DNA of 64,000 nucleotides from Malacoraja senta (Eukaryota), in contig CM075988.1 in NCBI GenBank assembly GCA_038087875.1, forward strand, positions 14,634,001-14,698,000, written 5' to 3'. The position numbers were made by a program, and so were the translations under genes. Below, piece by piece: positions 51,148 through 64,000 of the stretch. The notes under the pieces were generated by a model. It had not been told where the DNA came from, searched no databases, and was given only the letters and a program-made list of their open reading frames with translations. The stretch's first letter is position 1. Every line of letters begins with the position of its first letter.

Positions 51148-51555
51148 GGGTGGCACAGTGGTGCAATGGGTAGCACAGTGGCGCAGTGGTATAGTTGCTT
51201 CCTTACAGCGCCAGAGACCCAGGTTCGATCCTGACCACGGGTGCTGTTTGTGCGGAGTTTGCAACGTTGAAAATTCAGCGGTGACAAAGAAAGACGCTAC
51301 GACTCTTTGGATGACTAGGAGACCTCTCACGACCATACAGGCGAACCCTGGCGACGTGTCGTGGGTGTCGCGGGGTGTCACCAGGGGGCATGTCGCCAGG
51401 GGGTCGCCTGTATGGTCGAGAGAGGTCTCCTAGTCACCCAAAGAGTCGTAGCGTCTTTCTGGTCGCCGCTGAATTTTCAACATGTTGAAAGTTTTCGGCA
51501 ACCTTTGACGGGTGCCGGCAGTCGCCAAAAAGGTCACGTAAGTGGGACAGGCCCT
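51148..51555. mobile_element. SINE head fused to a left-truncated palindromic MITE
   Basis: SINE head 51148-51262, roughly 93-bp inverted arms at 51266-51359 and 51388-51481, right TIR aagtgggacaggccct as at 47970-47985. Confidence 0.78.
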
Positions 51556-51865
51556 TAAGGATGTGAATGTGAGGGAAAGGTATACATTTTACATGTGCAA
51601 ATCTTTGTTTCACGTATTGCATAAAATTGAATTTTGGAGTGATGAATAGTTAATAGCTGTGAATGAATTCTATTTTCAACAGTGTAAACATAATTGTTGC
51701 AGGTATGATATCCTCACTTCTGAAAAGGTCATTCTGCATGGTCATTCTTGGGTACATTGCTTCTTCACATATACTGTACGCATTCTAATGATTTGTACAT
51801 TATCACATGCAAATATTCTCTTTTGTGTTGCCCACATGTGCTCACTAGCACAGTAGTAGTTCATC

Positions 51866-52228
51866 TGTGTGCGTGCGTGTGTGTGTGTGTGTATGTGTGC
51901 GCCCGTGTGTGTGTGTGCCCGTGTGTGTGTGTGTGTGTGCCCATGTGTGTGTGTGTGTGTGTGTATGTGTGTGTGTGTGTGTGTGTGTGCCCGTGTGTGT
52001 GTGTGTGTGTGCCCATGTGTGTGTGTGTGTGTGTGTATGTGTGTGTGTGTGTGTGTGTGCTCATGTGTGTGTGTGTATGCCCATGTGTGTGTGTGACCGT
52101 GTGTGTGTGTGCCAGTGTGTGTGTGTGTGTGTGTGTGCCCGTGTGTGTGTGTGCCTGTGTGTGTTCGCACGCGTGTGTGTGTGTGTGTATGTGCGTGTGT
52201 GTGTATGTGTGTGTATGTATGTGCGTGC

Positions 52229-52263
<35 letters not shown>

Positions 52264-52382
52264 TGTGCGTGTGTGTGGGTGTGTGTGTGTGTGTGTGTGC
52301 ATGTGTGTGTGTGCGTGTGTGTGTGTGAGTGCGCATGAGTGTGTGCGTGTGTGTGCGCGTGTGTATGTGCGTGTGTGTGTGC

Positions 52383-52425
<43 letters not shown>

Positions 52426-52489
52426 TGTGTATGTGTGCGCATGTGTATGTGTGTGTGTGCGTGTGTATGTGCGTGTGTATGTGCGTGTG
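51866..52489. repeat. Complex (TG)n microsatellite, about 620 bp
   Basis: Directly visible. Confidence 0.97.
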
Positions 52490-53439
52490 GTGAGGTTGTC
52501 AGGAGATGATATAATGCCTATGCTATATTATACACTGCAGTCATTTTGAAGGTTAGCTGAAGGTACTGGAATCTAACCAATGATATTAATGGTATTGATG
52601 CATAGCTTGACACCAGGTTCTGATGAACAATTGTTAATGATTTGCTGTTCCTCCTATACATCAGTGTTTTGCTGGCATCGGTTGTATCAAAGTCAATGCA
52701 ATGATACCTCCGGCAAATCTTTAGCTGGGTTCAGAGAGAAGAATTTGGCAGTGGGGAAAAAAGAAAGTTCCTTTACTGCTCCAAATCAATGCTCACTTTA
52801 TGAGTGAGCAACGTGGGGCTAAATGCACTGGCTGGCAGATTGGGAAGAATTTTCACTCTGACCTTGCACAGTGACGTCAGCTGGAAGGATGTAAAGAAGG
52901 CAGGTTATATTTATCAGCTTACAGTGGTGATTTGGATGTTAGCACAGGCACTTTGGAACCCAGCAGCACAATTCAACAGCATCAGGGCACTCTAACTGCA
53001 CCACCTGAAGGGATCATTAACTATTTACTGGTTGATTCCTGTATCCATGACAACAAGTGCATGGTGCTTCAACTTACAGTGAGGGGTACGGCAGGATATT
53101 TCAGACTTTAGGACCTTTCACTTGCTGTGACGGATATTAAGCGGACAGGACAAAGAACGAGACAAGCCCCATGGAGAAAGAGGTGGGAGAATGGAGAACA
53201 GAAGGAGCCATGTTCAGCCTGAATGGCATGCAAATCACCTGCTTTCACTGCCATTTGCCACTCACATATTCACTGCCATAACTTTACACTTGATCTGGAA
53301 CAAAGGCCACACGTGGGTAGAATTCTGTTGTTGGATGGGGATAAGAGATACAGTGCACCATCCACTGCTTGGAATTTTGAAGAGGTCATGGGTGAGAGAA
53401 AGGCCAAATGTCAGATGAAGAAAGATAGAGCGGTCAAGA

Positions 53440-54485
53440 TGGAATGCTTGCCTTTATAAGTCGGGGCATTGTGTATGAGTCAGGAAGTATGTTGGATTGG
53501 CTTGTGTATAAGAGTCAGGACGTATGTTGGATCGGCTTGTATATAAGAGTCAGGACGTATGTTGGAGCATTGTGTGCAGTTCTGATCGTCCCATTACAGG
53601 GAGCATGTAAAGGATGCAGAAGAGGTTTACCAGAATTTTACCTGAAATAGAAGATATTAACTATAAGGAGAGGTTGGACCAACTTGGATTTTTTAAAGAT
53701 TAACTTAATATTATGTTCAGCACAAGGGCCTGTTCCTGTGCTGTACAGTTCTACATTCTATGATGAATTTATTCCAGAATAGCATAATTTAACTCCACAG
53801 ATAACTGCATATTTTGCCAACACTATCACCTCTATATCTGGCTTTGGGTGGGACAGTGGTGGTTAAGACCTACACTCCAGGTAATTTCTCTTAATTCTGC
53901 TCTGAGTTTAACCTAAACCTGTCCAGGTTTGAATAGCTCATCAAGCATTATGGAGCTGCACAATCCAAAAATGTTGAAACAAAAATTATTAATAACCGAC
54001 CAAATATCAAAGTAGTGTAAATATAAATAAAACAGATCATAGGACAAAAAATACTTCAACACCAATTTGTGGCATGCATAAGCTCCCTACAATTTTACTT
54101 CCTCTGTATTACAAGATGTTCTCTGCAGAACTCGTTCTGGTGACCACACAGAATGTGGGAAGAGAGAATGATAAAGGAAGCTTATTGAAGGCTTGCCTTC
54201 ATAAGTTGGGGCATCGAGTATCAGAGTCAGGAAATCATGTTGCTTCGGCATTGTGTGCAGTTCTGATCGCCCCATTGCAGGAAGGACGTGCAGGCTTTGG
54301 AGAAGGTGCAGAAGAGGTTTTTCAGAATGCTGCCTAAATTAGAGGATATTAGCTAAAAGGAAAGGTTGGTAAAACTTGGATTGTTTTCCCCAGAGCATCA
54401 GAGGCTAATGGGAGACCTGTTAGAAGTATACTACATTTTGAGAGGCATATAGAGTGTAGATAGTCAGAATCTTTTTTCCAGGGTG
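53440..54485 (+). mobile_element. Two decayed CR1 fragments (about 53440-53760 and 54180-54485)
   Basis: Both contain gcattgtgtgcagttctgatcg and tgcagaagaggttt; a roughly 35-bp unit is triplicated at about 53470-53565. Confidence 0.7.
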
Positions 54486-54684
54486 TGGCACCTCTCTTTC
54501 TTGGTCCTGCCTTGTTTTACACTGCAAAAATGACATCCATGACAGTTCGAACAAAGCTATCGTCTTTTTCAATGGTAACCTGTTTGCCCTCTACAAGGAT
54601 ATGGTTTGTCACATATAGAAAAGTTTGTCATCCTGCCAACTAAACTGCTCCGATGTAGGAGAAAGTTGGAGTTTATTGACATAC

Positions 54685-54930
54685 CAATGCTGTTAATGAG
54701 TTTTTCTCCGGAAGCTTCCACTTGCAAACTCCTGTTGAGAACAGATCCAGCCACGCTACAGCTATCCTGGTATCTATGCAATGATTTATAACTTTGGTGA
54801 TATTGTCACATAGTAGTGATCCAGGAGAAAGTCGTATGTTTGTATTAACAAATACTTCAAGAATTTCTTTCTGGCTTGCTGCCTCTTTCAGCAAGTTCAG
54901 CCACTGTTCAAAAAGTGTTCCCCATTGCAT
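54685..54930 (-). CDS. Candidate 246-nt coding exon of an unidentified gene
   Basis: Acceptor cttacttttcttaag, donor TTG|gtatgt, open in phase 0 only (MQWGTLFEQWLNLLKEAAS...KLPEKNSLTAL); no family recognised. Confidence 0.3.
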
Positions 54931-55209
54931 CTTAAGAAAAGTAAGTTCAGTCAATTTTGGTTTACCATGAATTATGTATTTTCTCTGAAGATACGAGTTA
55001 AAGCAGTGGCCCATATCATGCTAGATCCTGATGTGCCTTCCTAGGCTGCAACTGAAAAGGGAACACTGAGTTGGTGTCTTTGTATGATGTATCATAGTTG
55101 AATAATGGGTGGTTTTATGTTTTATTGTCCTACGTCCCAGATAGAACAATGAAATTCTTACTTGCAGCAGCACAACAGTGATTGTAAGTGTAGGTGATGT
55201 AAACTAATA

Positions 55210-55800
55210 GCACACGAAGTCTTGGAGTAACTCAGCAGGTCAGGCAGAATCTCTGGAGAACATGGATAGGTGATGATTCGGGTCGAGATCCTGGGTGGGA
55301 CGGGTCCAATAACACATGGACTGACTCTCGTGGGTCCTACTTCCCCCTCCCCCCCACCCCACTCTCAGAGGGAACCTCAGTAATGGCAGCAATGGGTCCT
55401 GCTGCCTTTCCCCTCTTCTAACCTCACTACTTCTCCTAACCCCCACCCTTACACCAACCATTCCTCACACCCCCTCCCCTCTCAGCCCACATCACCCCCC
55501 CACAGGATCTCCCCCTAGACTCTCCACCACTCTGCCCCCACCCCTCACCCCCATTGTGTTTTCTCCATTTCCTCAGACCTCCCGACACAGAAAGGTCAGC
55601 CCTTAACAGAAGCCTCACCTTTGTACCCCTCCGCCCCAACCTCAACGAGTTCCAGACCCGCCATGATCTTGATCTTTTCTTTTGTTATCTCTACCTCTGT
55701 GCCCTTCTCTATGGGAAGGAGCCTTCACCTCCCAGTGACCCCTTCTCCCACCTACAACATTCCTCTTCTTCTTGGAAATTACATCTGCAGTTCTTTATTT
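55210..55800 (+). mobile_element. Penelope-like element 5' ORF remnant with an upstream inverted pLTR-type repeat
   Basis: DTERSALNRSLTFVPLRPNLNEFQTRHDLDLFF resembles the PLE ORF N-terminal motif (LSxGLxFVP) as recalled. Confidence 0.65.
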
Positions 55801-58700
55801 CTACATTCTGAGGTAACCCAATGATGCTGAACATAAGATCTGATTAATAGTGATCTTTTCTGTAGAGTGTAGAGTGTAGAGAATTTAGAATGTGCACAGC
55901 AGTGGGCATGAGATAGCATTCAGTGATTTTGACCACATACGGAAGATTATTAGCTGTTTGTACATGTGTAAGGTCATGTAGATGTTTGTTCTTTACATAA
56001 AATATTCCCTGAAACATTCTGTGGCTACTTAATGAGTCATTTTATAAGATTCATTTCTGAGCTACTCACATGCCTACAATGTGATAGTCCTCCACTTGGA
56101 AATGCCTCTGGAGCACCAGATTTTCAACTATGAGCACAATGCTAACATTTGCTGCATTACCAAAACATGAAACCAAGTGGCATATATTCAAGCTAATGAA
56201 GTTTAGTTTAGAGATACAACAAGAAAACAGGCCCTTTGGCCCATCGAGTCCATGATGACCATTGATCACGTGTTCACACTAGTTCTATGCTATCTCATTT
56301 GCTCATCCACTCCCTATACGCAAGGGGTAATTTTACCGAGGTGAGATTATCTACAAACCCTGGGATGTGGGAGAAAACTGGAGTAACTGAAATAAATCTT
56401 TGTTGATTGTTGGCTCAGCACTTTGCTTTTGACAGAACTGATACATTGGAAGTTTTTTCCTTCCATGTGTTATCATGGTTATATTTATCTATTATCTGAT
56501 TACATGATCCATCAGCTCTCCATGTCAGCAGATGCATCCAAAATCCTTCTCTTTCAAATTCTACCATATCTCCTATAGATTCGCACGCAGCACTTCTCAC
56601 TAGCACATCATTGTTCCAAACAAAAGCATACTCACACTCAAATAATCTATTCTAACACCAGGTTTCCCATAAGCTGTTCTCTCTTTTAGTAAAATAGCCC
56701 TCGAAACACTCAGTAAGATCTGAATGATCCTCCATCTTGGTGAAGGGTTCGAAGAAGTCTGACGAAGGGTCTCGATCCAAAACGTCGCCTTTTCCTTCTC
56801 TCCATAGATGCTGCCTCACCTGCTGAGTTTCTCCAGCATTTTGGTCTAAGCTCACCCAAAGAGCTTGTGCTCATAATATCTCCATTACCATGGGGTGGCG
56901 CCAGAGAGCACTGCATTTCTTACAGTTTCATTAAGGAATGATTTAATGAAATCTTACTTCATCTAGAAAAATACATTGAATTTAAGACCCATTCATTCTT
57001 CCAAGAATACAATCTAGTTGGATTATTTGGAACCCCTATCATATCAATGAAAGGATGAAAAACATTTTAACCATTCCTTTAAAAATTCCAAACAATAAAT
57101 AAAACCTGAAGGAAGTTAGACATAAATAGCTGGGGTAACTCAGCGGGTCAGATAGCATCTCTGGAGAAAAGGAAAAGGTGACATTTTGGGTCGAAACCCT
57201 TCTTCCGACCCATTCACCAGAAGTGCTGAGTTGCTCCAGCTTTTATGTCTATCTTCAGTTTAAACCAGCATCTGCACTTCCTTCCTACACATAAAACCTC
57301 AAGGAATTAATCTCAAAATTTGCATTGGTTAATTTTCAATCCTAGAGGAGCTGAGGTGTAGATCTAAAAATCACAAAATTGGCATCTTGATTTTTGAAGT
57401 AACGACAAAGATAGTGAAACTTCATTGTCACTGAAGTGTCACAGAAGTCACTGAAGCCTGTTGAAGTACTCCCACCTCCCAATTCACTTTCTCACCCAGT
57501 TCTGCATCATGAACAAACTTAAAAGTTTAGATGTGTACTCTTAAATCATGAATATAGAAAGTAAATAGCTGAGACCCAGAAATGATCCACGTGGCATCTC
57601 ACCAGAAACTCTAGACAAGATGAAGAGGGTATTTGTTCTAAACTCTGTAGGAAGGAACTGCAGATGCTGGTTTAACCTGAAGATAGACACAAAAAACTGG
57701 AGTAACTCAGCGGGACAGGCAGCATCCCTGGAGAGAAGGAATGGGTGACGTATCAGGTCGAGACCCTTCTTCAGACCTAAACTGTTTAAAACTGTTCACT
57801 GTCCTTTAGACAATCTGAAACGGATGTTTATCAGATCTCTGGAGCCGAGGACGAGAGCAAAAATTAAAATAGAAGTCTATGATAACTGTGAGACATTGCA
57901 TATATCATATAACCTTCTGTAAGAGCATTACCAATTCCTTTACGAACAATGTTACTCTTCATACATCCATAAGACAGCAAAAATAGCCATTCATAAGATC
58001 TATGAAAACATAATACTTTATCCATGATAGGCCAAATAGTCTCCTTTTGTGTCATAAATGTTACATGATTTATGGTTCCTCATTCTCTGGCTGATGTTTA
58101 CAATTCCTTATTTATTACAGCAGATATAACCTTGGATGCATTGCTAATAAATCCAAAGACAATGCATTTCCATAGCTCAGTGCACAGCTGCAAAATCATT
58201 GACTGTCAGTTGGCCTTCAACCGAAGAGTGAAGAAAATACCGCTTCTGTACCTTGTGGCAGTTAGAAGTTATAAGTTAGCCAGTGTTGTTATTTGTCCAG
58301 ATCTGAATCATAAAATGGACAGATGCTTTTAACTGCTGGGATGGTGCAGACACATGTTACACAACTTCTCTCCTATATTTGGACTACTCTATCCCCGGCC
58401 ATGTGTGGAGTTTGCCAGGTTACCTCATTTTAAGGGCAGAAGGTGAGATGTACAACTGACCAGCCAACACTGAGAGAGACAATGGTATCACTTTAAGATG
58501 TTCGGGGTGGCAGATTTTGATCTCCCATACCTCTCGCATAATACAGGCTTAGACGACAATAATTTATTGTTCCCCAATTACATGCCTCCTCTTCAGCAAA
58601 TTGCATGCAACTACAAGTGGTTGTGACTGATTGTGCTGTAACACCAATGTGATCAATCAAATTCATGGAAATATCAGAATGATGAAACAATGACACTCAC

Positions 58701-58718
58701 CGACAGAACGTTCCAAAG
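58701..58718 (-). other. Candidate 18-nt microexon
   Basis: On the minus strand: cacttacatttttctttgctcataag|CTTTGGAACGTTCTGTCG|gtgagt; stop-free in all three frames. Confidence 0.4.
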
Positions 58719-59304
58719 CTTATGAGCAAAGAAAAATGTAAGTGGTTTAATTTACTATTTACTATTTCTGTGTGTGAGTGCGTATCCATGCGTGTGTGAG
58801 TGCGTGGCATATGTGCTTTTGTACAAGCATGCGCACTCATGTGCATATGTCCATTAATGTCCAGAATGAGGTGAGGCCATCAATGGCAGGGACTCTGAGA
58901 ACAGATTATTGACATGCAGTCCTTCATGCTGTAAAAGCCACAGAAAGGGGCTAAAGGGGGAGGCAAAGGGAATGAAGTGACAGGAGCTAAGCAGTTAAAA
59001 GACGACGGTTTAAGCTTGTAGAGGTTGATGTGAGAGTGTTGCTTGTCTAACATTAGGGGATGGAGGAATAGTACAGCTTGGAACACCAGCAATCCAGTGT
59101 TGTAGAAAGAAGCAGCATGGGTTTGACTGCAGCCTCTCCAAACCCCAAGGATGAACAGATAATTGGAAGAAGTTTAATAACCTCACAGAATCAGTGAGAT
59201 TATTATGTTTCCATGTGAATAAAAAGACATAATTATGCCACAGGGATATCCCAAGAAAAATATCCCCCACAATTGTCTTGCTCCAGAAAGCATTATATGA
59301 TTAA

Positions 59305-59460
59305 GAAAGAACTGCAGATACTGGAAAAATCGAAGGTAGACAAAAATGCTGGAGAAACTCAGCGGGTGAGGCAGAAGGGTCTCGACCCGAAACGTCACCT
59401 ATTCCTTCGCTCCATAGATGCTGCCTCACCCGCTGAGTTTCTCCAGCATTTTTGTCGACC
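59305..59460. repeat. Penelope-derived repeat with 40-bp near-perfect inverted arms
   Basis: 59335-59374 versus 59421-59460, one mismatch. Confidence 0.85.
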
Positions 59461-59819
59461 AAAGTATTATATGACATCATTATCTCTATCCCAGAGGCAA
59501 AATCATTTGAGAATAGGTGGCATACTATCTCACATCATGGAATGTCTGCTAACACACTATAGCTTCACCTACTGATATTTTACTTTACTGCTTCCATCCC
59601 ATGGATCCTGCTTACTAATTAATGATCTAGGAAATGTGACGAGCCAAATGTGACATTCCTTCCTTCTGGAGAGAAAACAGCTTGTTGTCCTGGAGAATGA
59701 TGGACTGATGGAGTAGGATATGCCTTCATCTAGTGCTCCACACCATGTGAGCTTCCAATATGGTTGGGCAGGCCAAGTGGAAACATTGAGAATATTGTGC
59801 AATATCAGTGGGCAAACAA

Positions 59820-60342
59820 GAACATTCTTGCCATAGAGGGAGTACAGAGAAGGTTCACCAGACTGATTCCTGGGATGGCAGGACTTTCATATGAAGAAAG
59901 ACTGGATAGACTCGGCTTGTACTCACTAGAATTTAGAAGATTGAGGGGGGATCTTATAGAAAGGTACAAAATTCTTAAGGGGTTGGACAGGCTAGATGCA
60001 GGAAGATTGTTCCCGATGTAGGGGAAGTCCAGAACAAGGGGTCACAGTTTAAGGATAAGGGGGAAGCCTTTTAGGACCGAGATGAGAAAATCATTTTTCA
60101 CACAAAGAGTGGTGAATCTGTGGAATTCTCTGCCACAGAAGGTAGTTGAGGCCAGTTCATTGGCTATATTTAAGAGGGAGTTAGATGTGGCCCTTGTGGC
60201 TTAAGGGATCAGGGGGTATGGAGAGAAGGCAGGTACAGGATACTGAGTTGGATGATCAGCCATGATCATATTGAATGGCGGTGCAGGCTCGAAGGTCCGA
60301 ATGGCCTACTCCTGCACCTATTTTCTATGTTTCTATGTTTCT
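59820..60342 (+). mobile_element. CR1/HER1-like LINE 3' fragment
   Basis: ILAIEGVQRRFTRLIPGMAGLSYEERLDRLGLYSLEFRRLRGDLIE; tail ctatgtttctatgtttcta. Confidence 0.92.
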
Positions 60343-61469
60343 AATATCTACTCCCCATTTAATAGATACTTTCTCCTTTTACAACTTCACCAACTACCAT
60401 TTCCTCATCAACAACTGCAGAATCCAGTCACGTTCACAATATTTAACCTCCAGAGGGTGCAAGATAAGATTGTCGAAGATTATTGAAGTGTAAGAGTGTA
60501 CAACTCACTTCGTCTCTGACATTATTTATTGATAGACACTCTTATCTAATGCGAAGTCCAGCATAATTTAGTGAAAGCATAAGACAGATCAATCTCTAGC
60601 CAATGAGCATAGGGACAATCTCAAAGCTCTTGCCTTACAAGATTGAGCAGAACAACATGGAAAAGGCAATGTGTGTTAAAGTGCTAAATTGACCAGCACT
60701 GAGGCTCACAATGTGGTTATGGGAGGTTGTGCATGATGTGACTCATATAGTGTGGAACCAGGCCCTTCAGCCCAATTTGCCCATACTGACCGACATGTCC
60801 CACCTGCTTGCATTTGGCCCATATCCCTCTAAAACTGTCCTATCCATGTGCCTGTCTAAATGTTTCTGAAACGTTGCAATAGTACTTGCCTCGACCACCT
60901 CCTCCAACAGCTCATTCTATACACCCACCGCCCTTTGTCTGAAGTTATTGAACTTCTTGTGGCAAAGCATCCAGATCTTTAGAGCTTGACTCCCAGCACT
61001 GAGCACCACAACTATTTGTTGCCGCTACCCTCTGAGAATTTGCCCAGAGGGTCAACATGTCAAACTGAAGATCAATTACATTTCTCCTCCATCTCCATCT
61101 CCTCCTTGCAGTGGAAGATCAGAACATCTTACAGCTTGTTCCCTGGTATATTTTACCATTCTTTAACTGCTCCCAGAAATGTCCGAATCCTGATTTGCTT
61201 GTTGGCACATATGATCATAATCCACCTCTCCCTGAAGTGCAAGCTGACTGTAATTCCTAGTTCAGATCATGGCTGTTATCGGGCAACTGAAACATTTTAT
61301 CAACAACTAGAGAATGGGCCTGGGCTGCTATCTACCTCACAGGAGACCATTAGACTATCTTTAATCAGATTTTATCTTGCACTAAATGTTATTGTTTTTA
61401 TCATGCATCTGTACACTGTGGATGGCTCAATTGCAATCATGTATTGTCTTTCCACTGATTGGCTAGCAT

Positions 61470-61785
61470 GGGGCGGCATGGTGGCGTAGTGGAAGAGTTG
61501 CTGCCTTAGAGTGCCAGAGACCCGGGTTCAATCCTGACTAAGGGTGCTGTCTGTACAGAATTTGTACGTTCTCCCCATGACCTACGTGGGGTTTTTCCCG
61601 ATATCTCCAGTTTTCTCCCACACTCCAAAGACGTACAGTTTTGTAGGTGAATTGGCTTGGTATAAATGTAAATTGTCCCTAATGTGTGTACGATAGAGTT
61701 AGTGTGCACGGGATCGTGGTCGGTGCGGACACAGTGGGCCAAAGGGCCTGTTTCCGCGCTGTATCTCGAAACTAAATTAAACACG
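61470..61785 (+). mobile_element. HE1-like tRNA SINE nested in an older LINE tail
   Basis: The host tail (ctgtacactgtggatggctcaattg ... cgcaagaaaagcttttcactgtacct) matches the uninterrupted copy at about 4385-4510. Confidence 0.78.
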
Positions 61786-62609
61786 CAAGAAAAGCTTTTC
61801 ACTGTACCTGCGTATACGTGACAATAAACTAAGCTAAACTAAACTGACTGCCACTAATCGCTTATGATATGGTTATCCCATCTTAGGTCGCAACCACTTA
61901 GCAACACAGAAGTAACAGGTGGTATTAAGATGATGTGTTGTGTTGCGCTGGAAGCAAATTGCATAGATCAACTGGGTCGCATGTTTCCAGTGCTCATTTC
62001 TGGGGACTGACTAATTTACTCCTCAAAGAACCTCACAAGAAAATGGCAAATATATTAGTCTGGCTTTAGTCATGATTTCAATCTGATTAAGTCCCCAGCA
62101 GCACACATTTAGCTGGTCCAGTAAGCCATTCTATTCCCAACACAGTTCAATGCATATTTTACTCAGCACTCAGACACAAATCACTGGCTCTGACACAGAT
62201 TTAATGATGAAGTGGTTGCTGCCAACTGCAGCTCTATTGCATGACTTCATACAAAATATTAAATTGTCCTTTTTCATTGCAACCATCCTAATGAAACAAT
62301 CAATGAAAACTAAATTTAAAAGCAAGTACCTGGCTTTTTGTATGGAAATTTGTGCGGAATATGTTTGTTCAGAAGACAGCATATTAACTATTTCAAAGAT
62401 GATGGCAGCACATTATGGATTATGTGCAGTTTATGGGCCTTGGGGATGAGGTTACTGTACATAACCCATCCATGACTAACCCTGAGAAGGCAGCAAGCTA
62501 TCACGCTTCATCTTGGAAGGAGTTCCCAGAGCGTTATAAGGTTGGGTGTTTAGATCTGGTCAAGATGAAGGAACAGCAGAATATTTCCAATTCAAAAGTG
62601 TTGTGCTAC

Positions 62610-63159
62610 TTAGAGTCATAGAGTCATAAAATGATACAGTGTGGAAACAGGCCCAACAGCCCAACTTGCCCACACCGGCCAACATGTCCCAGCTACACTA
62701 TCCCACCTGCTCGTGTTTGGTCCATATCCCTCCAAACCTCTCCTATCCATGTACCTGTCGAACTGTTTCTTAAACGATGGGATTGTCCCAGCCTCAACTA
62801 CCTCCTCTGGCAGCTTGTTCCATTAACCCACCACCCTTTGTGTGAAAAAGTTACCCCTCGGATTCCTATTAAATCTTTTCTCCTTCACCTTGAAACTATG
62901 TCCTCTGGTCCTCGATTCGTGATACGTGATAGAGACAAAGAATGTTAACGGTGGAGGACTACATGCCCACCAAGTGGACTCTTTCATCCTGAATGGGATT
63001 GAGCTTCCATGGTAAAAAAAAAAACAATCTCCAGGTGGAACGCAGCAGGTCAGGCAATAACTGTGGAGGAAAACGGAGAGACAACATTTTCAGTTGGGTC
63101 CTTCTTTTTCCTCCACAGATAACCATATAACCATTACAGCACGGAAACAGGCCATCTCG

Positions 63160-63198
<39 letters not shown>

Positions 63199-63385
63199 AG
63201 ATACTTCCCCCTAGTCCCATCTACCTGCACTCAGACCATAACCCTCCATTCCTTTCCCGTCCATATACCCATCCAATCTATTTTTAAAGGATAAAATCGA
63301 ACCAGCCTCCACCACTTCCACTGGAAGCTCATTCCACACAGCTACCACTCTCTGAGTAACGAAGTTCCCCCTAATGTTCCCCCTA
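62610..63385 (-). mobile_element. Two CR1 3' tails (about 62610-62920 and 63120-63385)
   Basis: 62610-62920 closely matches 30865-31150; the second reads FVTQRVVAVWNELP on the minus strand. Confidence 0.82.
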
Positions 63386-64000
63386 ATGCTACCTGACCTG
63401 CTAAGTTGCTCCAGCAGCTTGTTATTTGCCCAAGATTCTAGCATCTGCAGTCTCTTGCATCTTCATTGAGCTTCCTGGGTGTTGTTGGAGAGGTGGACAG
63501 CACTGTAAAATACTTCCAACTCAGTAGCTTGTTAATCATGGAAAGGCTCTTGGATATTATTAAGTGCATCGTTCTCTGCCAGAAACCAGCCTGGCCTTCT
63601 GGTACATTATTTGGTTGCTTCATGTTAAGTTTCTGGCCAATGATGAATCTTAGGGTTTAAAACTTAGCAATGGCAACTTTAGAAACTTAGCTTTTACTTT
63701 AGTTTAGAGATACATCGGGGAAACTGGCCCTTCGGCCCACCGTCTGCGCCGACCAGCGATCGCTTTGCGCTACAACTATCCTACACACACGAGGGTCAAT
63801 TGTACATTTTTACCAAGCCAATTAGCATTACTCTACCACTGTGCCTGCCCCCTTCCCTGGTTTGTGATTAGATTTTCTTGTTGATAATGAAAGATTTCCA
63901 TTCCCAAAGTATTGGGAAAGGAATAGAAAGTAGCTACAGGTGAAAAGGCATTCATCAACCTTTATTACCCTCCAGAGAACCCGAAGCCTCTCCAAGGCAC

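Noticed and set aside
51742..52549. Multiple 150-200 aa ORFs on both strands
   Set aside because: Artefacts of the complex TG microsatellite.

Overview
This is eukaryotic, repeat-dense genomic DNA. The repeat content (CR1/HER1-like LINE tails, HE1-like tRNA SINEs, DeuSINE-like relics, Penelope-derived short repeats) points to a cartilaginous fish, probably a skate or ray; this is inferred from recalled repeat families, with no search run. No host protein-coding gene could be named, so the window looks intronic or intergenic, with a few candidate minus-strand exons including an 18-nt microexon-like unit. The dominant structure is a convergent (tail-to-tail) pair of full-length DIRS-type tyrosine-recombinase retrotransposons at 4813-10303 (+) and 10819-15906 (-). 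Each has inverted terminal repeats (ITRs), an internal complementary region (ICR), and gag, RT, RNase H, methyltransferase-like and tyrosine-recombinase remnants. Copy A sits inside a CR1 tail and itself carries an L1 insertion with a 13-bp target-site duplication (TSD). Also present are a solo LTR inside a CR1, a hAT-like element with a triplicated left end, two palindromic Harbinger-like MITEs, a fold-back inverted duplication, and many Penelope-derived repeats with a minimal hammerhead-ribozyme-like core. Family names rest on motif recognition by eye, and the boundaries of decayed repeats are approximate.
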